Shown here piece by piece: positions 37,501 through 50,796 of a stretch of 64,000 bases of DNA. The notes beneath the pieces are model-generated. The model was given only the letters and a program-made list of their open reading frames with translations, made no database searches and was not told the DNA's origin. A program made the translations under genes and the position numbers. Position 1 is the stretch's first letter. The number at the start of each line of letters is the position of its first letter. The stretch lies in contig NC_057718.1 in the NCBI RefSeq assembly GCF_004010195.1, positions 83,028,215 through 83,092,214 of the forward strand. Reading direction: 5' to 3'. The DNA is from Chiloscyllium plagiosum. Lineage: Eukaryota.

Positions 37501-39595
37501 GTGTCCGCTCATCTCGCCTCCATCAACGAGATCCAGTGCGTCGCCCTTGGGAGAGATTTTAACTGCGCCCTCGAGGACAAGGACCACGGCGGTGCCTGCA
37601 CCGATTGGGCGTCGGGGAGGAGGTCGGGGGACTTGGTAAAGTCCTTCGACCTGATGGACGTCTGGCAGAATTTCCATCCCGACTCCATCGCCTTCACATT
37701 CGTGTGGCCTGGGGTCGGAGCGTCCAGAATCAACCGCCTGTACATTTCGCGGGCGTACGCCTCCTGTTTTCCAACGGCCTCCACACGGCAGGTGTCGTGC
37801 ACGGACTATCACCTGGTGTGGGCGGAACTCCTTCCGTTCGGCGCCAGGCTCGGCTCCGCGTACTGGCACTTTAACAACCTGCTGTTGGAGGACAAACGGT
37901 TCCGGGACTCGTTTCATCGTTTCTGGGCCAGCTGGAGAAGGAAGCGGGAAGCTTCCCCTCCCTGAAGCTATGGTGGGACATGGGTTAGGCTCACTTCTGT
38001 GTTTTCTGTCAGGAGTACACGAGGGAGTCGACGAAGAGGCAGAAATCTAGGATCGGGGAGTTGGAGAGGGAGATGCTCGACCTGGAGTCACGCCTCGGTC
38101 AGCCCGACGCGGACCCGGCCCTACGCGGGGTGTACGAAGAGAAGAAGGCCGCGCTCTGGGACCTGCAGCTCATCAGGGTTTGGTGCATGTACGTGAGGTC
38201 GCGGATCCAGCTCCTCCAGGACATGGACGGCGGCTCCCCCTTCTTCTACTCGCTGGAAAAAAGGCATGGCACCCGTCAGCAGCTCCCTGTGCTGCTGGCC
38301 GACGGCGGGTCCCTCGTCTCGGATCCGGAGGGGATCAGGGCCCACGTCCGAAACTATTACACAGCTCTGTTCTCTCCGGATCCGTCCAGCGAGGATGCTC
38401 ACAGAGTTCTGTGGGAGGACCTGCCACAGCTCGGCCCGGAGGACGCCAGAAGTCTCGACACTCCCGTCACTTTAGAGGAGCTGACCGTGCCCTCGACCGG
38501 CTCTCGAGGGGCAAGTGCCCCGGGGCTGGACGGGCTGACTGTGGAGATCTTCAGGGCATTCTGGAACGTCCTGGGGAGCGACTATGCACAGACTGGGGGA
38601 GTGTCTAACTGGCAGAGAGCTGGCCCTTTCTTGGCGCAGGGCGGTCATTGTCCTACTGCTGAAGAAGGGGGACCTTCGTTCTTTGAAGAACTGGCATCCG
38701 GCCTCCCTCCTCGGGACGGATTACAAACTTTTTGCCAGGGTGTTGTCTTCTCGCCTGGCTTCCGTGCTGGCCCACATGATTCACCCGGACCAGTCCTACA
38801 CGGAGGATACACGACAACGTCCACCTGGTCCGGGACCTGATCCATTTCTGTCGACGGGCTGATCTGCCGAGCACCTTCCTGTCTCTCGACCAGGAGAAGG
38901 CATTCAACAGGATCGATCACGAGTATCTGCTTGGGACTCTGCGGGCATTCGGGTTTGGGAAGCAGTTTGCTGCCTGGATCCAAATCATGTACACCGCATA
39001 GAGTGTCTGGTTAAAAGTTAACGGGTCCCTGACAGCACTCCTTCCCTTTGGGAGAGAATTACATCAAGGCTGCCCCCTGTCCGTCCAGCTGTGTTCCCTG
39101 TGTGTGGAGCCTTTCCTGTGCCTCTTGCGGAAGAGATTCTGCGCGGCGCGGGCACTGGGGTGGTCCTCTCAGCCTACGCCAACGACATGTTCCTCACTTT
39201 CACCGACCCGGCTGACCTGGGGAGGATGCCCGAGTGCCAGGCCATGTACTCGGCAGCATCTTCCGCCAGGATCAACTGGGCCAAATATACCAGACTACTG
39301 GTCGGTCCGTGGCAGGTGGACTCTCTGCCGGAGAAGTTACAGGGGTTCAGCTGGAGTACCACCCATCTCCTCTACCTGGGGATCTACCTCAGCCCGGCTG
39401 AGGAATCCTGGCCGGTGAACTGGCAGAAGCTGGAAGCTAAAGTCTCGGCTAGCCTAGGCCGCTGAACAGGACTGCTCCGAGTGCTATCTTACAGGAGTCA
39501 AGTGCTGGTCATAAGCCAGCTGGTGGCTGCCATGCTGCAGTACCGGCTGGTCCCTTTGGTCCCTCATCCTGCGTTTGTCGCTGACATCCAACGCT
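34550..39595 (+). mobile_element. L1-Tx1-clade LINE: repetitive 5' region, ORF1 with zinc knuckle, ORF2 APE-RT (from 37131), disrupted
   Basis: ORF1-like IVAAARMYRKTVFFLKTKQAV and YHLSHEVGHIRKNCP (decayed CCHC). ORF2 MKTTIASLNIN, FLQE, VNVY, GRDFNC, SRINRLY, TDYH, YWHFNNLLL, PGLDGLT, DQEKAF, QGCPLS, AYAND. Confidence 0.88.
34565..34850 (+). repeat. Degenerate tandem repeat CTGCTGCCTGGGCCTG in the Tx1 5' region
   Basis: About 7-9 imperfect copies of (CTG)nCCTGGGCC at roughly 25-30 bp spacing. Confidence 0.7.
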
Positions 39596-40755
39596 ATCCC
39601 TCCCCAACACCCATGTCCTGTGCGTGCAGGTGTAGGATATACTGAAGAAATGCTGAGTGCAGAAAACTTTATTGACATTCCACCACCACGAAGAAAGGAA
39701 ACACCAGACTAGCCAGTTTAACAAGCAATGCACCTTGACAATTGGATAGGTGTCTCCATGAGTGGATCTGGGCCTCTGTGGGTGGACCAGGCTTCTGTGG
39801 AGGCTAAACACGTGTACGTGTGCTGCTAGGCATGTATTTGCTGCCTTCAGGAAAGGACTCTGCCTTTTGGTACGGACTCTGTGTTGGAAACGGACTCAGC
39901 CTTTTTGATGGTCAGTTGTCTCACCTGTGTTGTGTCTTGTGTGTCCTTGGGACTGGACTGTCCTGAAAGCCAGATGGTTCACACGTCATTCTTAAAACTG
40001 TCACCCCTAGAGCCGGAAGGTGAATAGGCCGTCCAGAGAGCCAGAAGGCGACTAAGTGGTCCCGAATGCCAGAAGGTGACCACCTTCCTGGTGAGGTATA
40101 GGGATGGGCAGTCCTAGAGGTGGTCAGACAGTGCATGGGATGGGGTGAGAAACCGGACAGTGAATAAGGGCGGAAGATGCATAGGGGTGGGCCGAGACGT
40201 CGGAAGGTGCGTTGGGGTGAGCCGAGAACCGAAGGGGCAAAGGGCGGGTTGCCTTTAGTGGCCGGAAGACCGTTTGCTGGTTTACCAGAGGTGTCTGTGA
40301 TATATGCACTGGTTTCTCATTCAGTTGTTTGGATTTGTTTTACATGTGTTTTTGTCTAACGGTTTCTCTCGGGTAAAGAATAGCGGGATTTGGTGTTTGA
40401 CCGCATTTCCCTGAAAATTGATTGCATTGAGCAGTTTGGTGTCTAGTTTTGCCGTTGCCATTTTCTTGTGATTTGTTGTTTACTATTAACTGTTGGCTAT
40501 TTTGTATTTTGTACATTTTTAATAAAAATATGATCTTACCAGGAGATTAGAATCTCCTCAGACTAAGTGACTGATGAAACAAATATAACGAGATTAGAAT
40601 CTCCCCGGTCCAGGCGATTGACTCCGAACTGGCTGGCCACAGCCAGTGTACTGTGGATAAGTAAATAAAGGGTGACTTGGCGATGGGATACCAGCCTTTG
40701 TGCAGTTATTCCAGTGGCAATGAGAGAAAACAGGATGTGCGTGAAGAACCCACAT

Positions 40756-40935
40756 GGGTGGCATGGTGGCTCAGTGGTTAGCACTGCTGCCTCACAGCAC
40801 CAGGGTCCTAGGTTCGATTCCCACCTCAGGTAACTGTCTGTGTGGAGTTTGCTGGGTGGGTTACTCTTCAGAGGGTCGGTGTGGACTGGTTGGGCCGAAG
40901 GGCCTGTTTCCACACTGTAGGAAATCTAATCTAAT
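40756..40935 (+). mobile_element. HE1-type SINE with internal deletion, in the Gypsy leader
   Basis: The tRNA head is joined directly to the 3' tail and ends in CTAATCTAATC. Confidence 0.85.
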
Positions 40936-41271
40936 CAAACATTCACTTGTTCCAGTCACTTTGGAGTTGAGGTAAGCACTTCTGGCATCATTTGGGAAGT
41001 TTGACTCATTTGACCCTGCTGTTGAAGACTGGTCCTAGTACGTGGAAAGATTGCGATATTTTTTCCAGGCAATGACATTTGGGGCAGATGAAAAGCAGTA
41101 AGTAATCCTTCTGACTGCTTGAAGGCTCACAGTATTTTCAATTATAAGGGGCTTAACATTCCCAGAGGCACCAGACACTAAAACCTTCCAAAGGTTGACG
41201 GAATTGGTTAAGGAATATTACAACCCCAAACCTCCTCTAATTCTGAGAGGCTATTTGTTTTATTCAGCTGT

Positions 41272-42505
41272 TAGAGTCATAGAGATATACAGCACAGAAA
41301 CAGACCCTTAAGTCCAACTTCCTCATGCCAAGTCTCATTTGCCAGCATTTGGCCCATATCCCTTTAACACCTTCTAATTCACATACCCATTCAAATGCCT
41401 TTTAAATGTTGTAACTGTACCAGCCTCCACCAGTTCTTCTGGCAGCTCATTCCATACACGCACCACCTCTGCATGAAAACGTTGCACCTTAGATGCCTTT
41501 TAAATCTTTCTCCTCTCACATTAAACCTATGCTCTCTAGTTTTGGACTCCCCCACCTCGAAGAAAGGACCTTGTCTATTTATCCTATCCATGCCGTTCAT
41601 TATTTAGGGCAGTACAATGTCTCAGTGGTTAGCACTGCTGCCTCACAGTGCCAAGGAGCTGGGTATGAATCTGGCTTCAGGCAACCATGCGTGGAGTTTG
41701 TTAATTCTCCCCGTGTCTGCGTGGGTTTCCTCCGGGTGCTCCGGTTTCCTCCCACAGTCCAAAGATGTGCAGGCCAGGTGAATTGGCCATGTTAAATTGC
41801 CCATAGTGTGCAGGGATGTGTAGGCTCGGTGCATTAGTCAGGGGACATGTAGAGTAGTAGAGTAGGGAAATGGGTCTGGGTGGGGTACTCTGCGGAGGTT
41901 CGGTGTTGGACCAAAGGGCCTGCTTCCACACTGGAGGGATTCTATGAGATTATTCCATAAACTTCTAAAAGGTCACCTCTCAGCCTCCAACACTCCAAGG
42001 AAAATACCCCAGTCTATTCGGCCTCTCCATGTCGCTCAAACCCTCCAACCCTGGCAACATGCTTGTAAAGCATTTCTAAACCCTTTCAAGTTTCACAAGA
42101 TCCTTCCTATAGCAGGGAGACCAGAACTGAATGCAGTATTTCAATAGTGAACTAACCAATATCCTGTACAGCCGCAACATGACCCTCCATCTCCTATACT
42201 CAACACAATCGCTAATAAAGGCAAGCATAACATATGCCTTCTTCACTATCCTATCTACCTGCGACTCCACTTTCAAGGAGCTATGAACCTGCACTCCAAG
42301 GTCTCTTTGTTCAGCAACTCTCCCCAGGACCTTACCATTCAGTGTAAATGTCTTGCCCTGATTTGCCTTTTCAAAATGCAGCACCTCACATTTATCTAAA
42401 TTAAACTCCATCTACCACTCCTCAGCCCATCTGATTAAGATCCCACTGTATTCAGAGGTGATTTTCTACACTGTCCACTGCACCTCCAATTTTGTTGTCA
42501 TCTAA
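41272..42505 (-). mobile_element. HER1/CR1 3' portion inserted in Gypsy gag, itself carrying a plus-strand HE1 SINE (about 41607-41945)
   Basis: ORF 42076-42411 reads MEFNLDKCEVLHF..QRDLGVQVHSSLKVESQVD. The gag reading resumes at about 42506. Confidence 0.9.
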
Positions 42506-45500
42506 AGAACTGGGGGAGTCTGTATTGGATTTTTGACGAGGTTACGACAATTGGCAGAGGCATGTGATTTTGGGTTAACCCTGAACGAGATGCTGAGAGG
42601 CTGTTTGGTATGTGGGATTAGTGACATAACCATGAAGAAGTGCCTACCAGCTGAAGTCCAAGTGGACATTCAACAGGCATTGCAATGGCTCCATCATAAG
42701 AAAATGCAGCAAGTGGACTGTGGGAGCTACAGGGCATCCCAACGAAAGTGGACTCCCTCAAGTCTCTAACTGAGCTTGGGGAACACCACTTGAGTGTAGG
42801 TAATCGCAGAGCCTCACACTGGGCATATGTTGAGCAGATGGACCACAGGCTAGCCCACAGCAGAACCCCACAACAAAGCCGAGACTCGGCCAAATGGCTA
42901 AAAAGTTCTTCAGGACCTGGGCCAGCAAGCCATTGTAGGTGCTGCCAGTATGTGGACTCAAGACAGCAAAGGAGTCCTACGCGGCGTGACCTGAGTAAGA
43001 AAACTCGTAGGCCAGTACCCAGGTTAGTGACACCCTGAAAAGTCCCCTTCCATAAGACTTGAAACAATTAAATTGCTGTGTGACACCAAAATCAGAACGG
43101 ATTAAAATTAATGTTTGGTGAACTGGTCACCCAGTTGCCATGGAGATCGATGCTGCCACAGCTGTATCTGTGGTTGCAGAATCTGTCTTTAACAAAATTC
43201 GCTTGGAACTCCAACCCCTAAGTGTGCACGAGACCTCAGCCAGGTTGAGCACGTACACTGAGAACCACTGCAGATTAAGGGTATGACTTCAGCTCTAGTC
43301 TCCTATGAGAAGCAGTTGGTGCAGTAACCAGTGATGGTAGTAAAAGGCTCAGGCCCAGGCCTATTGGGGTGGAATTGGTTGAAAAAGATTCACCTGGATT
43401 AGCTCAACAGTTAAGTCTCAGTGAAGCCCCAGTGAAATACCCAGGAGTTTTTCACGTAGAGCTCAGGACTACCAAAGGGGCCAAAGCCACATTACCTGTC
43501 GACCAGGAAGCAATTCCAAGGTTTTACAAGGCCCACCTGGTGCCATTTGCCTTGTGGGTAAAAGTAGAGGCAGAAATCTGGAGGCTGAAGAGCAAAGTAA
43601 TCATCAAACCAATGCGTTTGCAGAATGGGCAGGACTGGTCATACTGATTGTGAAGCCTGACAGCTCAGTTCGCCTTTGGGGGGATTTTTAAGCAAACGGT
43701 AAACCGCGCTCTCAGCTTGATAAACACCCGATCCCTCATACAATGCACTTGTACGTAGAGTTGGCAAGGGGGGGTGGGCTATCTTTAGAAAACTGGACAT
43801 GAGCCATGCTTACCTGCAATTGTAACTGGATGAGTTCCAGAAGTATGCTACGATTAATACCCATCAGTGTTGAGATCAGTATACACGACTGCCATTTGGG
43901 GTATCACCAGCCTGTGCCCTTTTCCAGCAGACCATGGAGAACATTTTACAAGGGGTACCTCAGGTTGCCATTTATCTGGATGATGTACTAATAACTGGGA
44001 AGGCCAATAAAGAGCACTTGGAGGACTAGGACATAGTGCTTAAGTGCTCCCAGGCAGGCGTACACCTTAGAAGGTGAAATGGTATGTTTTGGGTGCCCCC
44101 AAGTGACCTACTTGGGTTACAGAGTCGACAAAACTGAGTTACACCATTTGGAAGAGAAATTGAGAGCAATCAAAGGAGCCCCAGCTCCCAGGTCTGTATC
44201 GGAGCTTTGGTCTTTCCTGGGGTTTGTGAATTATTATGGAAAACTCATACATAACCTGGCCTCCATCTTGGCACCTTACACCTGAAACAGGGAAGTGGCC
44301 ACACAGCCAAGAAGTAGCATTTAGGAAAGTGAAAATGCAGCTATCGCCATCTAAGATGTTGATCACTACCATCAGAAGCGAGAGGTAGTGCTGACATGCG
44401 ATGCCTCCCCGTATGGTATCAGGGTGGTGTTGGCTCACCGGTGGCCCAATGGAGAGCAACACCCAATAGCGTCTGCTTCCCGGACCTTGGCTGATGCCGA
44501 AAGAAAATATGCCCAGATAGAGAAGGAAGGTTTGGCAGACACCTTTGGTGTGAGGAAGTTCCATCAGTAACTTACAGATGGGAATTTGTGATAGTAACAA
44601 ATCACAAATCCCTGCGAGGGCTGCTGAAGGAAGACAAGATGGTGACGCCCACAGCTTCCAGGAGAATTCAGCGTAGGCCTTAGTCTCACTGTGAACACCA
44701 CCCAGGAAGCCAAATGGCTAAGGCAGATGCCTTGAGCAGCCTCCCACTGGCATATACTCCACCTACGGTGCCTCCCCTGGAACAGTCTGTTTGGTTTTAA
44801 ACTTTCCTCACACCCTCCACCCTAACAATATCCAATTGTGGACACAAGAAGATCATGTCTCAGTGCAACTGAAACAGCTGGTGGTAATGGGGGCTATAGA
44901 AGGGCCATTACAACCAAGAATTGAAACTTTTCTGGACCTGGTGAGACTAGGTCACTATAAAGCATGGTATATTATTGAGGGGCGCATGGGTGATTGTCCC
45001 AACACTTGCCAAACTCCACCAGGGTCATCCAGGGGTTTCCAAGAGGAAGATGCTAGCATGAAGCTGTCTGGTGGTCATGGTTGGATGCTGACATTATTGC
45101 ATTGGTGGGACAACTAACAAGGACAAAACCTGCCACCAGCAGCACCCCCACATTCATGGGAATGGCTGGGAAAGCCCTGGGCTCAGTTGCATGTTGACTC
45201 CGCCAATCCTTTCATGGGCTCAATGTTCCTGATAGTTGTGGACATCCATTCAAAGTGGTTGGACACACAAAGCTTATCTGGCAAACTCAGGGATAACGAT
45301 TGAGAAGCTGCGAGCATCGTTCACAAAACACGGACTCCTGGAATTATCGGTCACAGGCAACGGGACACCATTTACCAGCAGGGAGTTTGAATATTTCCTA
45401 AAGTCTGATGGCATTTGACACATAAAGATGGCTCCATACCATCCATTGTCCAATGGTATCACAAAAGAACCATTTTGGTCAACAGTCCAAATGTTGAAGG

Positions 45501-46327
45501 TAGTCTTAAAGAAGCAGCTGTCCCAGTTCCTGTTCAATTAAGGGCCATCCCACACACAACAACAGGGATAGTTCCAGCAGAGTTGCTAATGGGGAGAAGA
45601 CACTGCACCAGGTTAAATCTGGTGGGGGAAGGGAGAGTGAAACGGCAGCAGGAAGGCCAATCCAGCCACATACCCCCTCTAAGCGAGAGAGACAATTTAA
45701 TTCAGGGGATGAAGTTTGATGCTGGAACCATGGGAATGACCCTGTATGGGTACGAGGTCACGTTCTGTGACTTAGAGTACAGGAAGGTGATACAGTCCTG
45801 GACAAACATGTAGATCACCTGAAAGCTTTACCTCACAAACTGGGCAGTAACAAAACATAGCTGGCCCCTCAGAAAAACTAGAAAACCTGTTAGAAACTGT
45901 TGGCTCTCCCCCTCCATTCTCTGTCAAGAAAACTTCAGAGTCCGAGATGGATGCAGCCTCGATATCGTTACTGCAGAAAGAAACTCTTCCAAGTTGTCCC
46001 GAACGCGAGAGATAGGCTACAGTCCAGTACATGCCTTGTCAGAGTCCAAATCAGAGGAATTGGACTTTGGGTAAAAACATCGCAGGAAAAGCTACAAGCC
46101 AAACACCAGGCCTACATCCCCAGACTTGGCTTGGGAGTGATGTAATGATTGGAATCAGATTGACCTCGTTGAATGAGGTTGTTGCTTGGGGTTGTTATCC
46201 TGGGGAAATCAGGAAAGCACTGGCTGACCAATACAACCAGGAGATGGCTGGCCACAGCCAGTGTACCATGCACGAATAAATAAAGTGTGACTTGGTGACG
46301 GATACCAGCCTCTATGCAGTTGTTTCA

Positions 46328-46735
46328 CAGACCCTTTGGTCCAACCAATCCACGCCAAACATAATTCCAAACTAAACTAGTCCCACCTGCCTCCAAATGG
46401 TCCATATCCCCCCCAAACCTTTCCTACACATGCACTTATCACAGTGTCTTTTAAAATGTTGTAACTGTGCCTGCATCTACCACTTCCTCAGGGAGTTCAT
46501 TCCACACATGAACCACCTTCACATAAAGAATTTGCTCCTCATGACTTTTTTAAACTCTTAATCCTCTCACCTTAAAAATAATGCCCCCTAATCTTGAAAT
46601 CCCCCATCCTAGGGAAAGGGAACCTACCATTAACCCTATTTATAGTCTTCATCATTTTATAAACCTCTTTAAGGTCACCTCTCAGTCGCCTACACTCCAG
46701 TGAAAGAAATCCTGGTTTGTTCAGCCTTTTTCTCT
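46328..46735 (-). mobile_element. CR1 3' fragment
   Basis: Reverse complement of the HER1-like 3' end (GGTGACCTT..GAGGTTTATAAAATGATG..TGTGGAATGAACT). Confidence 0.8.
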
Positions 46736-46877
46736 AACAAACCTTCGAATCACTTACCCTGCCCACTCTGAGTGTGGTTGCAGCACTTTCTTCCCCAACT
46801 GTATACCATCTACTTCCACCACAATGCAAGGTGACAATGAGCATTCTTCAGTCAGAAAGAAAAAAAAAACAAAAAAA

Positions 46878-47043
46878 ACAGGAGATGGCTGGCTACAGCC
46901 AATGTTAGTTAAAAAAAAGTATAACCAGGAGATGAGATCTCCTCAACTCAGGTGACTGACTCCAAGCTGGTTGGCCACAGCCAGTGTATTGTGTATAAGT
47001 AAATAAAGGATGACCAGATACCAGCCTCTGTATGATTATTTCA
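46878..47043 (+). mobile_element. Additional partial Gypsy LTR copy
   Basis: GGCCACAGCCAGTGTA..AAGTAAATAAAG..GATACCAGCCTCT..ATTTCA matches 40630-40712 and 46245-46327. Confidence 0.8.
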
Positions 47044-47499
47044 CAATGAAACTTGCTGGTACAGCTGAAGTGCAATGTTCAAGTGCAGAGGTTCCTGGAA
47101 GTGGATTGAGGACATGCCATGAGGGTTCTCAGAAGCTGGCCCATATCATATGCCAATGTCAATGTTCATAGAGTGTGTGACCGGTGGCCATAGAATGTGC
47201 CCTCAGACGTTGGTACCTAGTGTTCAACATGAGGGTCCTTTGGAGCAAGTGGTGAACTATGCCAAGTACCTGATTTCCATGTCAAGTTTTCATCATATCT
47301 AGTTAGTTTGGAACATTTGTTAATGAGGTGAGCTGAGCTATTAACAAAGCATTTAATAAGCAGTAATCCCCCTCAATTGGTAACTCACCATTGCCTAGTG
47401 AGAAACTCACACACCATTTGTGAAAAGCGCAAAAGATGGAGCCAGATGCACCAGATTGACCTTGTTGGATTTAACATTCTGCTATGAATTTTATCATAG

Positions 47500-48200
47500 C
47501 CTACATTGCTCAGACCCCTACAAGATGCTACCCTATTCCTCTGGTTAATTCCAGGGCCCACTGGAGAGATGCGTGGCATCTCTTAATTGATGGCATCCAG
47601 TTGCATCAAATTTGTGACTAATGTCCCCTCCAGGAGAACCAGTCAAATATCTACATTATTTCACTGAACTGGACAGCCTGAGGATTTAGGACCGTTGCTG
47701 GATTCCCCTATGTGCAAGATGTGATAGACTGCCAAACATGGCCATCAAGGCTTTGCAATTCAAAAAATGCTTTTTGTTAATGGGAAAGGATTCTACATAA
47801 ACTGGGACTGCTACCAATGTGTCATGCAGATACACATATGACATCCTCACAGCAACCTCAATGCTACATGACCATACACTCCCAGGTTCCTGAGCTATTT
47901 ACTACCCTCTGTGTGCATGTCCTCATGGTTAGATTGTGGGTGATAAGTGCTACCCATTAAAGAGGTGAATGCTGACACTGGTGAGGAATCTTAGGTCAGA
48001 AGCAGAAAAGAGATACAACATCAGCCTCACAACAACCACAACCACCACTGAGCAGACTATCAGTCTCCTGAAAATTACATTCTGAGGCCTTAGATAGCTT
48101 TGGTGGGAGCACTGAAAAGGACAATGCCTCAGTGAGAATATCCGTGGATTGTGGTGATTTGCTGTGCTCTGCAAAACATGGCACTGAAGAGGCGGGAGGC
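47500..48200 (+). pseudogene. PIF/Harbinger DDE transposase (HARBI1-like, DDE_Tnp_4) remnant
   Basis: Read across frameshifts: GFRTVAGFPYVQDVIDC..MAIKA..FVNGKGFY; IVGDKCYPLKR*MLT..SEAEKRYN..TEQTISLLK..F*GLD; IVVICCALQNMA. Confidence 0.85.
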
Positions 48201-50796
48201 TGCAGTCTGGAGGAATTAGTGCAGTGCAGGTATTCTCAGAGAAGATAGATGAGGATAAAACGTATGGCCAGCCACAAAATCCAGAAATATTTCAAGGAGC
48301 CGGTCTATTGTTGGTCCCACAGAGAAGTGGAATACATCCACACATGCACAATAGCGGTATGTTTGGATTGTCTTTACAGCCAAATAAAACTCACTTTCAA
48401 CTCTATCGATGTTGTTCACCTTGGTTGCCAGCCCAGGCTGCCTTGTCTAGTGCAGGATGGTGATTCTGGATGATCCAAAAGATGACCACAGTCATCATGG
48501 TCCCTCCCAAAGAATCCTTGGCGTAATCCACTGTACGGTGACTCCAGCAAAAGATGACATTTTCTAGATAAGAAATAACAACTTAATCATTAACATATTC
48601 AGACATAAGCAGGAACACTAATGCAAAAATGAAACACTGTGGATGCTGGAAATCAGAAACAAAAACATGGTGCTGAAAAAGCTTAGCAGGTCAGGCAATA
48701 TCTATGGAGGGAGATTGAGTATATGTTTCAAGTTGAGACAAACTTTTATCATGACTGGAAATGCTAAGTGTTACTTTCTGCGGATGCTGCCCCATAGTCC
48801 AGGGATGTGCAGGTTAGCCATGGTTAAGGAGGTGGGGGGTGTGACAAAGATAGGGTGGGCAGAGCTGGGTCTGGATGGTATGCTCTTCAGAGGGTCAGTG
48901 CAGACTTGATGGGCTGAATAGCCTCTTTCTGGACTGCAGGGATTCTATGAAAATCTAGATTATTGGAGCATGCTTTATTCATTTTTCACAGGTGCTCCTA
49001 TGTGGAATGCCCTCAGCACTAGCTGGAGGCTGATATCCTGTCGCGTGGGTTGACCTTGCCAGCTATCCCATGCCTGCCTGAGGTCTGGAGGGTCCCAGTA
49101 TGCTGAGTGGATTTCCATGGGTGCAAAAGCCTCATCCACCCTCACAGCAACGTGAGACTGGCAGAGCAACTGTGCTACCATTGTCCATATTGGAACACCC
49201 TGAAACAAGCACCAGAAATAGAAGGCAATTTTTTATTATTATTAATCAGAACATGGACAATTGGAGCTAACCTAACATGGGTAGGTAATTTGGTAGGAGA
49301 TCATGGGTATATATTAGAATTGGCAGAATCTTGCTATCAGCATTTTCCAAAGTTTTATATTAAGGCCTCACTCTTCACTATATTTGCAAAACTATAGTAG
49401 GTTGAATTAATTTGGGAGATGTGAGGTCATTCAATTTGAATGTTAGTAAGATACAGCATATCAAGGTACCAAGAACTAGGAAGAATCAAGGAAAATAATG
49501 GGTTCGAGTACAGAAATCATTAAAAGCTGGAAGACACAAAACAAGTGAAGCAGGCACTGATTACAGCACATTTCTTCATCTTGCTGTGTTAACTCTAGAT
49601 TATTAGAATGTAGTTCTTCATAAGCCTTTCCCTTGCCTGGTTAATGCACTGTTACTACACCAAATAAATCTTTTTTTATTGAGAGCTTCCGCCTCACTGA
49701 GCAGATTCAGGCCAATCCATATTCAACTACCTCCTCTGAAAACTCTCCTCACATTTTGACAAATTCAACCAACAGCTAGGACAATCCAAAACACTCTAAA
49801 ACAATCAACAACATTATAAATAATGTTATTAAAGTGTTACCTGAAATATTATTTTGTAATAATATTGATCAGATATATATCCATAATCTTTCTTATATTT
49901 TTGGAAGAGTCTTTGCAAAGCAGAAGAGATTGGCTGCAGCAAGGTAACAAATATTTACAAAGAACACAATCTGCTTAGCTGGAGTCACTCAGTCAGCCTT
50001 CAAAGAGAGGCTGCATGACCCAGTTAGTGTATATAATAGAGATACTGGATTTGAGCACAAATGCAGAAAGATATCTTATCGCAAGCAATAGCCTTTGTCC
50101 TATTTCTTTTTCTCTGAAACCCCTGTCACCAAAGTTTGAATTAAAAACCCACTGGAAGACCTCATCAGCACAAGTGTAGAATTTGAAATCCACATCATTA
50201 TCTTCAAGAAAGTGAATCCAATCAGCCATAATTGATCCAGGAAGAGACACCAGTCCTAACAGCATGCATGCAAAGTCATTTTAGTTATAGTCCAACATTT
50301 GGACAATTTGTGAATAATTTATTTTGAATTCAACAGTTTCTTGGCCAAACCAGACTTAAGATAGCACTTTGCCTTTCCCTAGGCTTTGAGTTTAGTGTGC
50401 CTTATTTTTTGAAAGACTGGTTGTATGCACCTACATAGTGATGCATAAAGGTTTAATTAATAACCTTTACATCTTTGCCTGAGCAATAAACATTATTAGT
50501 TACTGAAGTAATCTTTTGTTAGCAATAAACATTATTAGTTACTGAAGGAATCTGACAGACTTACTTCTGACAGAGAGCTATGCACAGTCTGAAAAGTTTG
50601 ACAATATAACCTCCATTTTTAACTTTGTTTTGACCAGTGGATGAGTGGGATAAGGAATCAATTCATCCCTCCTAACTCAGTAATTTCACAACCCACATTT
50701 TAAAGTAATTTACTTTAGCTTATCTCCTGATGTTACAAATCATTGCTAAAAGTTCTGAATCCAGACCTTCACCTTAGCTAAAATCTCATTAGTTCA

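Larger units (their letters stand above)
40537..46327 (+). mobile_element. Gypsy/Ty3 (Mag-like) LTR retrotransposon, decayed
   Basis: The 5' LTR remnant ends ..GCAGTTATTCCA (about 40712), followed by PBS-like GTGGCAATGAG. Gag FGKFDSFDPAVEDW (about 40990), protease MEIDAATAVSV (about 43140), RT IYLDDV (about 43970), RNase H LTCDASPYG, integrase WEWLGKPWAQLHVD..FLIVVDIHSKW. 3' LTR TGTAATG..GTTGTTTCA at 46141-46327. Confidence 0.9.

Noticed and set aside
34541..40532. AAATATG at both ends as a possible Tx1 TSD
   Set aside because: It is short and AT-rich, overlaps the putative tail, and the 3' region is rearranged. Not distinguishable from chance.
49993..50265. 90-aa minus-strand ORF in apparently unique DNA
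   Set aside because: No recognisable homology and no convincing splice signals. The length is compatible with chance.
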